A DNA stretch of 64,000 bases from Bradyrhizobiaceae bacterium. GTDB lineage: Bacteria > Bacteroidota > Ignavibacteria > Kapaibacteriales > Kapaibacteriaceae. Positions 47,303 to 56,580 of this stretch are shown here, one piece after another. How positions within the stretch are numbered: the first letter of the stretch is position 1; every line of letters starts with the position of its first letter. The notes beneath the pieces were generated by a model. That model made no database searches. It worked only from the letters and a program-made list of their open reading frames with translations, and was not told the origin of the DNA. Both the position numbers and the translations under genes were made by a program. The stretch spans positions 9,684 to 73,683 of the forward strand of contig JAGFIZ010000036.1 of NCBI GenBank assembly GCA_024103135.1. Direction: 5' to 3'.

Positions 47303-48577
47303 CTAGATACTCGCAAACAGTGTAAAGTCGTCGGCATCTTCGATTTCAACGTCGACAAAATCACCGATGAGTAGCGGCTTTTCGCTTCGTATGTAGACTT
47401 CGTTGTCCACTTCGGGGGCATCGGCTTCAGTCCGGCCTAGCCACTCACCGTTGACGTTTTCTTCGACAAGCACTCGTTGCACGGTTCCAATCTTCTCGGC
47501 GTTCTTTTGTCCGCTGATTTCGCGCTGGAGGTCCATGATCCGTGCAATCCGTTCTTCCTTTACCGACTGAGGCACTGGATCACCCAGGATGTGTGCATAC
47601 GTGTCGTCCTCTTGTGAATAGGCAAACACTCCAACACGGTCCAGACGCTGCTTTTCCAGGAACTCAGCAAGGATGTCGACGTCTTGTTCCTTCTCGTTGG
47701 GATAGCCTAGAATGAACGTACTGCGGATGGTGATGCCTGGCACTCTTTCCCGAATCGTATCCAGTAGTTGTTCGGTTTTTTCACGCGTAATGCCGCGACG
47801 CATACTGGTAAGGACTGGATCACTGGCATGCTGAAGCGGAATGTCGAGATACTTACAGATGTTAGGTCTGCTGGCGATGGCATCGAGGATGTCCACCGGG
47901 AAGCCAGACGGAAAGGCATACATACACCGAATCCAGTCTGCACCACTCTCATCAGCTAGCCGCTTCAATAGATCGGCAAGCGTTCTCTTGCCATTGATGT
48001 CCAGACCGTAGTAGGTAAGATCTTGAGCAATGAGAATGAGCTCACGTGCTCCCTGGTTCACTAGTGAAGCAGCCTGGGCAACGATCTTATCAGCCGGTAC
48101 GCTACGATGCTTCCCACGCATAATGGGAATAGCGCAGAAACTACATGGACGGTCACAGCCCTCCGATATCTTCACGTAGGCATAGGGCGCAGGCGTTTGG
48201 ACAATTCGTTCACCGAGAAGGGCATACTTCAAATCAGGAGAGAGTGCCTTGACGATGCTTTCGAAGGCCTCGGTGCCAAAGAAGTGGTCAACCTCGGGGA
48301 ACTCGCTTCGCAGGTCATCGGCATACCGTTCACTTAGGCAGCCAGCAACAACAAGCTTCTTGATGTCGCCCTGCTTCTTACGCTCCGTCGCCTCGATGAT
48401 GGTGTTCACGCTCTCTTCCTTGGCAAGGTCGATAAAGCCGCAGGTATTGATAACCAAGGTGTCGGCATCCTCAATGGTGTCGACGATGGCCATGTTGTTT
48501 GCTACAAGCGTGCCAGCAAGTGTCTCACTGTCGACCGTGTTCTTACTGCAGCCAAGCGTTACGATGTGGATGTTCAT
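47303..48577 (-). CDS. rimO: Ribosomal protein S12 methylthiotransferase
   Basis: The N-terminus is IVTLGCSKNTVDSE, the radical-SAM motif is CDRPCSFCAIP, and a C-terminal TRAM domain follows. Confidence 0.88.
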   Translation of the reverse strand: MNIHIVTLGCSKNTVDSETLAGTLVANNMAIVDTIEDADTLVINTCGFIDLAKEESVNTIIEATERKKQGDIKKLVVAGCLSERYADDLRSEFPEVDHFFGTEAFESIVKALSPDLKYALLGERIVQTPAPYAYVKISEGCDRPCSFCAIPIMRGKHRSVPADKIVAQAASLVNQGARELILIAQDLTYYGLDINGKRTLADLLKRLADESGADWIRCMYAFPSGFPVDILDAIASRPNICKYLDIPLQHASDPVLTSMRRGITREKTEQLLDTIRERVPGITIRSTFILGYPNEKEQDVDILAEFLEKQRLDRVGVFAYSQEDDTYAHILGDPVPQSVKEERIARIMDLQREISGQKNAEKIGTVQRVLVEENVNGEWLGRTEADAPEVDNEVYIRSEKPLLIGDFVDVEIEDADDFTLFASI

Positions 48578-48587
48578 GAGTCTGGTG

Positions 48588-49073
48588 TTAGTTCCCTGAG
48601 TGTTTTGCTCGCATCATCTCTACCACCGCCTGTGGAACAAACTCGCTGATGTCTTGCTGGTACCTACCTAACTCTCGGATGATGGAAGAGTTCAGGTAGG
48701 TATACTTTTCGTGTGGTAGAAGAAAAATCGTTGCCACGTTCGGCGCGAGCTTGCGATTCATCAAGGCAATCTGGAATTCGTATTCAAAGTCGGTGACGGC
48801 ACGAAGGCCGCGGACGATGACGTCGACGCCATGTTCTTGTGCGTAGTCAACGACGAGACCAGCATACACGACAACACGTACGTTCGGCAGGTGGACCAAT
48901 GCAGCCTCGGCCATCTGTACGCGTTCCTGCTCCGAAAACATTGGAGTTTTCTTGCTGTTCCTGGCGATAACTACCGTCACCGTGTCGAACATTTGCGCGG
49001 CACGTTCAATAACGTCCACGTGACCGAAGGTAATGGGATCGAAGGATCCCGGATACATTGCATGCTTTGGCAT
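48588..49073 (-). CDS. coaD: Pantetheine-phosphate adenylyltransferase
   Basis: YPGSFDPITFGHVDVIERA is present and the size is 161 aa. The ORF-track extension to 49406 overlaps rsmD and is rejected. Confidence 0.93.
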   Translation of the reverse strand: MPKHAMYPGSFDPITFGHVDVIERAAQMFDTVTVVIARNSKKTPMFSEQERVQMAEAALVHLPNVRVVVYAGLVVDYAQEHGVDVIVRGLRAVTDFEYEFQIALMNRKLAPNVATIFLLPHEKYTYLNSSIIRELGRYQQDISEFVPQAVVEMMRAKHSGN

Positions 49074-49081
49074 GTGCAAAC

Positions 49082-49639
49082 CTATGGCAATGGTCTGAGA
49101 ATCTCTACCATTGTGTCGCCTTTCTGTTTTGACCACAGCACGTCCCACTGTACCGATGGCATTCGCACTTCGTTTGTGCCATACTCCAGCATGACGAGGC
49201 AATCTGCAGGTATCCGTGGGTGGAGTAGGGAGACAAGCTGGTTCGCTTGCTTCAGTCCATACGGTGGATCGGCCACAATCAACTGAACGGTAGACTCCGT
49301 TGGTGAGGTTGGCATTTGCTGAATGAACGCAACAACGTCGGCGCATACAACGTTGGCCATTGACGTAGCGTCGAGTTCCTGCAACATGGTCTGTATGCCT
49401 TTGCACGTGGGACCATGGTTTTCAACAAACGTGCAATACGAAGCACCACGGCTCAGGCATTCAAGTCCAAGAGAGCCCGTACCAGCATACAAATCCATCA
49501 CCCTAGCCCCCTCCCAATCAATGTGGTTGTCGAGCACATTGAACATTGTCGTTCGCCACAAATCTGTGGATGGTCGTGTGCGCGGTGTCGGTGGTGGGGG
49601 AATGGTGCGTCCCTTCCAACGTCCGGAAATAATGCGCAT
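49082..49639 (-). CDS. rsmD: 16S rRNA (guanine966-N2)-methyltransferase
   Basis: MRIISGRWKGRTI, DLYAGTGSLGLECLSRGA and the VADPPY motif are present. Confidence 0.9.
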   Translation of the reverse strand: MRIISGRWKGRTIPPPPTPRTRPSTDLWRTTMFNVLDNHIDWEGARVMDLYAGTGSLGLECLSRGASYCTFVENHGPTCKGIQTMLQELDATSMANVVCADVVAFIQQMPTSPTESTVQLIVADPPYGLKQANQLVSLLHPRIPADCLVMLEYGTNEVRMPSVQWDVLWSKQKGDTMVEILRPLP

Positions 49640-49640
49640 T

Positions 49641-50426
49641 TCAGGCAGTCTCGAGTTCAACGGAAACAGGTGCAACTAGTCCTTCGTGAAGTAGCATTGC
49701 ACCAACCATGCAACCGAGCATGTGTGATCGTGAAAGGACACGTCGTTCTGACTCTGCCGTCAGTTTCGAGAGTACGTGCCTGAATGGCTGAAAGCGTTCG
49801 ACGACGTGGAATTGTTTGCCTACGCGTTGTTGGATGCCCACAAGGTCCTGTGGCGTGACGGCATCACCGAAAACCGTACAACGTCTACCCTTGAAATCCA
49901 GCATTTGCTGAACAGAGTCCAGTACATCGGCGTGCGACGTTGATGCGCCCTCGGAAACAGGAATGCAGAGCACATGCTCCACCGTGCTGCCTGCATCAAG
50001 TACCCACCAACGTGAACCAGACCGGCCGACGTATACCGTTGGCTCGTCAAGGCGCGCAGCAGCAAGGATGCCTTCGATGTCAGATACGTTGTGTCGTCCA
50101 CACTTGTCTACTCCCATCAGCGTAGTCCATGCTGACCCCTGGTAGGTGCCGCGTGATTCAATGGCAACGATGTGATGCTCTAGCGATGTTACCTCCTGGA
50201 GGAAATGATCAAGCTCGAATATGCGGCGCTCTGCATTGTCGGTAAGCACTGGGTAGCTATGGGTTGCTACGGCATCGCCATGATGGACAACAACATCAGC
50301 ACCAGACGGAGTAGCTGAATCAACGGTCGCTGTCTCATGATACTCCTCAAGCGAGAGCAAGCCAGCTTGAAGGCGATAGGTGAGTACGATGGTTCGTAGG
50401 GGATGTCGGTATTCACAGGTAGGCAT
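49641..50426 (-). CDS. Hypothetical protein (possibly DUF3822-like, judged from synteny only)
   Basis: This 261-aa ORF is tightly packed upstream of rsmD-coaD. In Bacteroidota a DUF3822 gene commonly occupies that position. The sequence itself was not recognisable by eye. Confidence 0.5.
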   Translation of the reverse strand: MPTCEYRHPLRTIVLTYRLQAGLLSLEEYHETATVDSATPSGADVVVHHGDAVATHSYPVLTDNAERRIFELDHFLQEVTSLEHHIVAIESRGTYQGSAWTTLMGVDKCGRHNVSDIEGILAAARLDEPTVYVGRSGSRWWVLDAGSTVEHVLCIPVSEGASTSHADVLDSVQQMLDFKGRRCTVFGDAVTPQDLVGIQQRVGKQFHVVERFQPFRHVLSKLTAESERRVLSRSHMLGCMVGAMLLHEGLVAPVSVELETA

Positions 50427-50434
50427 ACAGGAAT

Positions 50435-50950
50435 TTACGGCACACTCACCATGTTCCGCAGCTTCTCGATCGTCTTGGGGCCAATGCCCTTTACCCGCGT
50501 AAGGTCTTCAACCGATGTAAATGGTCGACGTTCTCGTTCTGCGATGATCTTCTCGGCCATTGCCGGTCCCACGCGCGGCAATCGCATCAACATTGCTCGC
50601 GATGCCGTATTGATGCGAACCTTTCCAAGTGGTGCTTGCTTACTGGCTGTTCGCGCAACAGCATGTCGACTGGTGGAAGGGGGCTCCGTAGTGAGGGATA
50701 CCGCCTCGTCGACACTACGATGCTGCTGCGCTGTTGATGCGTCACGTGCGTTCTCGTTCATTGCTCGCTGCATGGAGTCGAGCAAGGCAATGACCTTCTG
50801 GGTTGCTAACACGTCATGGGTGGTATGAGTGGGGACAAGTAGCTTGCCGACCCATCCGCCAAGGAGGATAGTAACAATGGTAAGCAGTACAATGGCCTCG
50901 CTCTTCGAGAGACCCAGTTCACGCTGGAGAAGTGAGAGTAAGCGCTTCAT
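50435..50950 (-). CDS. comEA: ComEA-like helix-hairpin-helix DNA-binding protein
   Basis: An N-terminal TM is followed by the C-terminal INTASRAMLMRLPRVGPAMAEKIIAERERRPFTSVEDLTRVKGIGPKTIEKL. Confidence 0.85.
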   Translation of the reverse strand: MKRLLSLLQRELGLSKSEAIVLLTIVTILLGGWVGKLLVPTHTTHDVLATQKVIALLDSMQRAMNENARDASTAQQHRSVDEAVSLTTEPPSTSRHAVARTASKQAPLGKVRINTASRAMLMRLPRVGPAMAEKIIAERERRPFTSVEDLTRVKGIGPKTIEKLRNMVSVP

Positions 50951-50975
50951 TTCGTTAGGAAGCGCTCACCACATA

Positions 50976-52121
50976 TCAGGAGAACGCTTCTTTAACCTTG
51001 TCGAAAAACGATCGGTGTGACCGTTGATCGGGTGGAGTAAAATGTTCCGATGACTGAAGGTCCTGAACCTGTTTCTTTTCCGCAGCCGTGAGCGATGTCG
51101 GCACATAGACGTTAATGTGAACGTACTGATCGCCACGACCTCTTGATTGCAGGTGTTGAATGCCCTTCCCCTTCATCCGCAACTTGGTACCTGGTTGCGT
51201 ACCTGGCTCGATCGTGATAACGGACGAACCTTCAAGAGTGGGAACTTCTAACTCTGCACCAAGCGTTGCCGTAGGGAAGGAGACGGTGAGATCCATGTGT
51301 ACGTCGTCTTCGTCACGAACAAACACCTCGTGCTCTTCCTCGATGATTTCAACCCTGATATCACCAGCTGGTCCGCCACGTCGTCCGCTATGCCCCTTAC
51401 CAGTAACGGTCAGATAATTTCCTGTACGAACACCAGCTGGTATCGTGACGCTTACGCTACTCTCTCCCTCAACGCGACCATCACCTGAGCATGTAACGCA
51501 TGGCGTACGAAGGACCTCGCCAGTGCCGCCACAGTTTGCACAGGGACCGATGTTCACGAACTGACCAAACACACTACGGGTCACCTGACGTACTTCGCCA
51601 CTTCCATGGCACTGAGTGCACTGTACCCAACCAGAGGCATCGGGAGTGCCTTGCCCCTTACAATCAGAACACTGAACGTAATGCCGCAGCTTAATCGTCT
51701 TCTCAACACCGGTACTGATCTCTTCGAGAGTAAGCTTCATACGGACGCGGAGATCCGCTCCTGCCTCGCCTCTGCTTCGTTTGCCGCCTTGCGAGCCGTT
51801 GAACATGTTACCAAAGACGCTCGAACCGAAGATGTCGCCAAATGCACTAAAGATGTCGTTGATGTTCGAGAATCCTTGAGCGCCGCCACCGAAGCCGCCC
51901 ATGCCTTCCTTGCCAAAGCGATCGTAACGAGCGCGCTTATCGGGATTGCTCAGTACGTCATAGGCCTCTGCTGCTTCCTTAAACCGCTCTTCTGCAGATG
52001 GGTCGTCCGGATTCCTGTCCGGATGGTACTGCAGGGCCAGCTTTCGATAGGCCGCCTTGATTTGCTCGGCTGAGGCACCCTTGTCCAGGCCCAGGATTTC
52101 GTAGTAGTCGCGATTGGTCAT
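50976..52121 (-). CDS. dnaJ: Molecular chaperone DnaJ
   Basis: The J-domain carries HPD, a G/F region follows, and there are four CxxCxGxG zinc motifs. Confidence 0.95.
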   Translation of the reverse strand: MTNRDYYEILGLDKGASAEQIKAAYRKLALQYHPDRNPDDPSAEERFKEAAEAYDVLSNPDKRARYDRFGKEGMGGFGGGAQGFSNINDIFSAFGDIFGSSVFGNMFNGSQGGKRSRGEAGADLRVRMKLTLEEISTGVEKTIKLRHYVQCSDCKGQGTPDASGWVQCTQCHGSGEVRQVTRSVFGQFVNIGPCANCGGTGEVLRTPCVTCSGDGRVEGESSVSVTIPAGVRTGNYLTVTGKGHSGRRGGPAGDIRVEIIEEEHEVFVRDEDDVHMDLTVSFPTATLGAELEVPTLEGSSVITIEPGTQPGTKLRMKGKGIQHLQSRGRGDQYVHINVYVPTSLTAAEKKQVQDLQSSEHFTPPDQRSHRSFFDKVKEAFS

Positions 52122-52128
52122 GCCTTGC

Positions 52129-52698
52129 TCATTCCTTGGAGTCTGTTGGTGAAAGTGGTCCTGCCGAGGTTACGACCTTGGCATGACGTAGGACGCGATC
52201 ATGAAGCATGTAACCGCGTTGTATGGTTTGTACGAGGTGACCTTCCGGAACATCGCTTGGCGTGTGCATGAGCGCTTCATGGAGGTCTACGTGGAAAGGT
52301 TCGCCGGACTCGCCGTCGATGGCTGTGACGCCGACTTCGGCAAGGATCTTGACGGTCTTGGCATAGATAAGCTCAAGACCTTCTTTCAAGGCCGCTGCAT
52401 CCTCCGTCTTCCTTGCAGCTTCAACGGCATGATGCAGATCATCAAAGATGGGTAGGAGCTTCGTCAGCAGGGATTCTGATGCAAACCGTGCCATCTGCTC
52501 GCGTTCTGCGTTGTGTCGGCGACGAATGTTCTCGATATCGGCTGCCCGTCGCAAGGCCAGGTCCTTCCATTCTTCAAGTTCTTGCTCTAGGGTGGACTCG
52601 GCATCGGTGGTGCCATGCTCGGTTTCGGACGAACCCGTAGGTTCTACTTCGTCAAATGGGAGATTGGTGTTCTCTGCGTCTTCTGTGTAGTGATTCAT
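52129..52698 (-). CDS. grpE: Nucleotide exchange factor GrpE
   Basis: [12 protein letters not shown] and a C-terminal GY.L.DRVLR.A.V pattern are present. Confidence 0.93.
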   Translation of the reverse strand: MNHYTEDAENTNLPFDEVEPTGSSETEHGTTDAESTLEQELEEWKDLALRRAADIENIRRRHNAEREQMARFASESLLTKLLPIFDDLHHAVEAARKTEDAAALKEGLELIYAKTVKILAEVGVTAIDGESGEPFHVDLHEALMHTPSDVPEGHLVQTIQRGYMLHDRVLRHAKVVTSAGPLSPTDSKE

Positions 52699-52727
52699 AG
52701 CGGGCGTAGACGAATGAAGGGGGTAGT

Positions 52728-53780
52728 CTATGGTAAATCTTTGTGGAGGGTTGAACTGAGCACGTCGCCGACAGTTTGCACAAGCGACATGATGCGTGAG
52801 TAATTCATGCGCTTAGGGCCGATGAGAGAGATCGAGCCGCTGGCTGAACCCACTCTGTAGGTCGTTGACACCATGCTGTAGTCGGCTAGCTGTTCATTAC
52901 GAAGTTCGTTGCCAATGCGGACAGATACTCCTGTGGACTCGGGCATTGCGTCGACGACATGGATAATAATGTCTTCGTTCTCAAGCAACTCGATGACGCT
53001 TCGTAACCGTTCTGGACTCTCGAACTCAGGATGCGCCAGGAGCTGCTGAGCTCCAGAAACGTGGATGTCGGCAAGCTCATCTGAGCTGGACAACCTTTCG
53101 GCATGTTCTACAAAGAGTCTAAGCACAGACCGGTCCGACGTGCTAGACTCATGCATATCGGCGAAGATCTCTCCAATTTGTCGCAATGGCTTTCCAGAAA
53201 GTCGTTCATTGATCAAAGAGGAAATCTGGTCCAAAGAGCTGAGGTCAATTGGTGAGGTGGTTTCGAGCGTGATGGTGTGGACTATGTCGCTTGCCAATGC
53301 AATCACAACCAGGATACGTTCTGACGATAGTTGAAAGAGTTCGATCTTGGTTACGATGATGTCGGTGAACCTGGGTACCCGAACCACGGCGATGGCCTTC
53401 GATAACGAGCCAAGGATCTTTGATGTGTCTCGAAGTAGGGTTTCGCGTGGACGTAGTGCAAGGTCACCTACAATCTTGTTTTCACTTCGAGACAGTGACT
53501 CCAGCTGCATCAAGGAGTCGACGTAGACGCGATACCCCAGATCTGTCGGTGTTCTACCAGCCGATGTGTGGGGATGGGAGATGTAACCCCAGGACTCGAG
53601 ATCTGCCATGACATTGCGAATCGTAGCGGAACTAAGATTCAGTTCCGCCTCTAGATACTTCGACAGATTACGTGACCCCACCGGGGCGGCGTTGAGGATA
53701 AACAACTGAACAACGGCCTTCAGTATCGTTCGCTCTCTGTCGTTGAGCTCGGAATGTCCACGGGGCACATACAAGCTCAT
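52728..53780 (-). CDS. hrcA: Heat-inducible transcription repressor HrcA
   Basis: The N-terminal winged helix reads LNDRERTILKAVVQLFILNAAPVGSRNLSK, the size is 350 aa, and the order is hrcA-grpE-dnaJ. Confidence 0.92.
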   Translation of the reverse strand: MSLYVPRGHSELNDRERTILKAVVQLFILNAAPVGSRNLSKYLEAELNLSSATIRNVMADLESWGYISHPHTSAGRTPTDLGYRVYVDSLMQLESLSRSENKIVGDLALRPRETLLRDTSKILGSLSKAIAVVRVPRFTDIIVTKIELFQLSSERILVVIALASDIVHTITLETTSPIDLSSLDQISSLINERLSGKPLRQIGEIFADMHESSTSDRSVLRLFVEHAERLSSSDELADIHVSGAQQLLAHPEFESPERLRSVIELLENEDIIIHVVDAMPESTGVSVRIGNELRNEQLADYSMVSTTYRVGSASGSISLIGPKRMNYSRIMSLVQTVGDVLSSTLHKDLP

Positions 53781-53782
53781 GA

Positions 53783-56386
53783 CTAGGCTGCCAGGACGTT
53801 CTGATAATACTGCAGGAACTCAAGGACGTCGTACTTCACGATCCAGATTACGAGGACTACGGCAAAGGCCAGAGCGAGGACGCCTAAACCGATGCCATAC
53901 ACGTAGAGCCCGCTAACATCAAACACCACCGATGTAGCACGTAGTGTACGGAATACCGTCCAGCCAAAGGCAGCGAAGGTGATCAACGGAATCCAGAACG
54001 ATAGGGCATTCGTGCTCATAACCTGGTACAACGCAACGCCGATGGGTAACAATGCTAACAGCGGTACGCAACTCCAGACAACGATCGTTAGTGTGTCACG
54101 GTACAGCACCTTGCCTTTAATGAAGATAGCTGCCAGGCGGAGCATCGATGCAAAGAGGTTGACGAGGACAAACACGCCGCCGCCCAACACCACAACTGCA
54201 GCAAATGGTCTCCAGGCGATGTACCGGATAAGCAGGTACATCCAGTCGAACGGTACGGCAAGGTGAAGGAGATATTCAAGCCGTGGATCGGTACGTAAGA
54301 AATACAAGATAGCTGCAAGGACAAGTCCCGCACCTACTGAAATCACTGCACCCAGGAGTGTAGTTTGAACGGTCGATAGGATGCGTTGATCCCGAATGTC
54401 AGCATAGAAATTGTACGGTCGAATGATCGACCTGATGAAGTACTCCCTGAACCGTCTCGAACGATTGATCAAAAACGTCAATATCAAGGCAAGCACAAGA
54501 CCAGTAGCTACGAAGGTTAGGGGGGTGCTGTCGGAATAGTCGCGTGCTTGAAGAAGCGGCTCCTTTTCGTCATTGATCAGCGACTTGTACATGTCGTAGG
54601 CAACTCGTTGTTGTCTCCATGCATCAACCAACCCATCGGTATGTAAGTACGGGTCGTTTGCATCCACCATCATCGTCGGCATGACCAGTGAATAATCTGC
54701 AAAGCTGCTCACGACACACCCAGCTAGGTTGGCCATCCTTGTCGCCTGCCATCCGTCACGCAGTGCTACGGCCTGCGATTCTAGGGAGAGGGGGTCGCTA
54801 AATCCATTCGAATTGGATGGAGAGACAACAGCACCGATCTGGGTAAGCACGGCTGCTGAACGAATGATACGCTTTGCGTCGGCGAGGACGGCTGACATGC
54901 GTTCACGATCGTGCGGACTCCTGAGCGAGACGATGATGACGTCGAAGCCTCCTTCGCTGACCTTATCGATCTGTCCGCCAGCGACAACCTTGTACAGCGG
55001 CACTGATACCTTGCTGCGTAGCAGCTTGGCAATGTTCTGATGATACTGTTGCGTACGTGGTGCACCTTCTTCTAGAAAATCACTAATGCCAATGGCAACC
55101 ACGCTAGGATGGGTTCCAACGTAGGCAGCCAGAAGATCTGCCTGATTGCGTAGTAAAGCCGAGATTTCTTCTGCTTCAAGCATGGCTTGAGGGATGCTTG
55201 CAGCATTTAGTTCAGCAAACACCATCAAGCCGTAGCGGTCGCACAGCTCCAGTAAGTAGGGGTGTGGTGCCCCATGAACGAAGCGTACGGCGTTGACGCC
55301 AAGTGTCTTGAGCATGGCTACGTCATGCTCCATTTGACGCCAGGTGATGGACGGACCAACCTTCGGATACTCCTCGACATAGTCGATGGCATTGATGAAG
55401 GTCGGCACATCATTCAGCCGAATGATCCGGGAGTCGTCCTTTGCTGCAACACGAATAGATCGTAAGCCAACGTTGGTTGTGTAGGAGTCGACGAGCATTC
55501 CGTCAAGTGTCGTGCGGACCTCGAGTGTGTAGAGGTTCGGGTCCGATGGCGACCACAGACGAGGGTTCGCTATCTGCATGTCGAACTCAGCATGCGTTGT
55601 ACGTGCACGTTCTACGCGAACGGATTGCGTGTTTGACCGCGCTACAACTTCGTTTGTCGAGTTCAATCGAAGGACGGCTTCGACGTTGGTCGTGATACTT
55701 CCTTGCTTCATGGCATCGTCGGAAGAAGCCCCACGAATAAGTCGGTCGACGTTCGCACCTCGAATCGTTGCTTGTACGCTTAGCGATGCAGAAGAATACG
55801 ATGCTGAAAATGCGGTAGAAGTATGGACTTCACTAGTCCACACATGCGGGGTGCCAACGAGGAAGATCTCTCTCGTGAGGCCTGTCCAGGTCTTGGTCCC
55901 CCATGGAGCATATCGGCGGACCAGATTGTGCAGGTCGCCACCATTGGTTAGCGTCAGCTCAATCACATTGTTACCGGCAATAAGCATCCGCTCATTGATG
56001 TCGGCCGTAAACGGAGCTGTGCCCCCAGGGTGTCTCGTAACAAAGCGATTGTTGACCTTGACCACCACCTCGTCGCTCACACCAAGAAACACAATTTGCC
56101 ATGCCCGAGAGTGCAGGGTGTTGCCGTCCATCTTGAACGTACGGCGTACGGTCAGCGGCTCTCCATTCTTGAAGATGCCTGGCAGTGATACCGTACCATC
56201 TGCATCGCCCCCTTCCACCAGATTCCAGGTACCCGACAAGTTGATCACCGATCGCGTATCGGTTGGCAGAATCGCGCGCACCTGAGCTGGCTCCAGTGGC
56301 GTGTAGTCATGAAAGTCAACCGAAAGAGCGGGTAGGGGGCTAACGATTACTGTCAGCAATAGAAGAAGCAAATGCTTCATGGGCAT
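53783..56386 (-). CDS. Fusion protein: secreted GH2-like (sugar-binding / Ig / TIM-barrel) ectodomain + six-TM Yip1-like C-terminal module
   Basis: The signal peptide is MPMKHLLLLLLTVIVSPLPALS. GH2-like blocks are NRFVTRHPGGTAPFTADI, WSPSDPNLYTL, NAVRFVHGAPHP and THPSVVAIGIS. The last 270 aa or so contain six hydrophobic helices. Confidence 0.65.
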   Translation of the reverse strand: MPMKHLLLLLLTVIVSPLPALSVDFHDYTPLEPAQVRAILPTDTRSVINLSGTWNLVEGGDADGTVSLPGIFKNGEPLTVRRTFKMDGNTLHSRAWQIVFLGVSDEVVVKVNNRFVTRHPGGTAPFTADINERMLIAGNNVIELTLTNGGDLHNLVRRYAPWGTKTWTGLTREIFLVGTPHVWTSEVHTSTAFSASYSSASLSVQATIRGANVDRLIRGASSDDAMKQGSITTNVEAVLRLNSTNEVVARSNTQSVRVERARTTHAEFDMQIANPRLWSPSDPNLYTLEVRTTLDGMLVDSYTTNVGLRSIRVAAKDDSRIIRLNDVPTFINAIDYVEEYPKVGPSITWRQMEHDVAMLKTLGVNAVRFVHGAPHPYLLELCDRYGLMVFAELNAASIPQAMLEAEEISALLRNQADLLAAYVGTHPSVVAIGISDFLEEGAPRTQQYHQNIAKLLRSKVSVPLYKVVAGGQIDKVSEGGFDVIIVSLRSPHDRERMSAVLADAKRIIRSAAVLTQIGAVVSPSNSNGFSDPLSLESQAVALRDGWQATRMANLAGCVVSSFADYSLVMPTMMVDANDPYLHTDGLVDAWRQQRVAYDMYKSLINDEKEPLLQARDYSDSTPLTFVATGLVLALILTFLINRSRRFREYFIRSIIRPYNFYADIRDQRILSTVQTTLLGAVISVGAGLVLAAILYFLRTDPRLEYLLHLAVPFDWMYLLIRYIAWRPFAAVVVLGGGVFVLVNLFASMLRLAAIFIKGKVLYRDTLTIVVWSCVPLLALLPIGVALYQVMSTNALSFWIPLITFAAFGWTVFRTLRATSVVFDVSGLYVYGIGLGVLALAFAVVLVIWIVKYDVLEFLQYYQNVLAA

Positions 56387-56462
56387 TACACTAAGCTCGT
56401 GAGGCAAATCGTGAAACGCGGGACAAACCGAATTGTCCCACATGAACAGTTTACAGAAGGCA

Positions 56463-56470
56463 CAAAACTA
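56463..56470 (-). promoter_or_regulatory. -7 promoter box (TAGTTTTG on minus strand)
   Basis: It matches TAnnTTTG exactly, 77 nt upstream of the GH2-like gene ATG. Confidence 0.35.
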
Positions 56471-56479
56471 CAGTACACA

Positions 56480-56487
56480 TATCTTTG
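56480..56487 (+). promoter_or_regulatory. -7 promoter box TATCTTTG
   Basis: It matches TAnnTTTG exactly, 93 nt upstream of the sprA GTG. It sits back-to-back with the minus-strand box 10 nt away. Confidence 0.35.
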
Positions 56488-56580
56488 CGAGAGCCGTTTT
56501 CATTTTTGGAGCATGCTATTCACCTGTTCCGCTACTCTTTACAACCTTCTACACACTAATAAGCGAGTGAATAGCCGATC

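Noticed and set aside
49074-49406. An N-terminal extension of the coaD ORF. Similar extensions occur for hslO (15932-16078), the response regulator (39321-39596) and the purine nucleoside phosphorylase (19868-19951).
   Set aside because: The extensions overlap the adjacent well-supported genes. The conserved protein cores begin at the internal ATGs.
55578-56285. A 235-aa plus-strand ORF antisense to the GH2-like gene.
   Set aside because: It is a shadow ORF inside a coding region with clear domain-level similarity on the other strand. Its composition is Ser/Arg/Thr-rich.
53781-56580. A search for a CIRCE operator (TTAGCACTC-N9-GAGTGCTAA) for HrcA.
   Set aside because: No match better than a partial half-site was seen by eye. 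The only GCTAGCACTC-like string (about 63937) lies inside the NUDIX gene and lacks a partner repeat.
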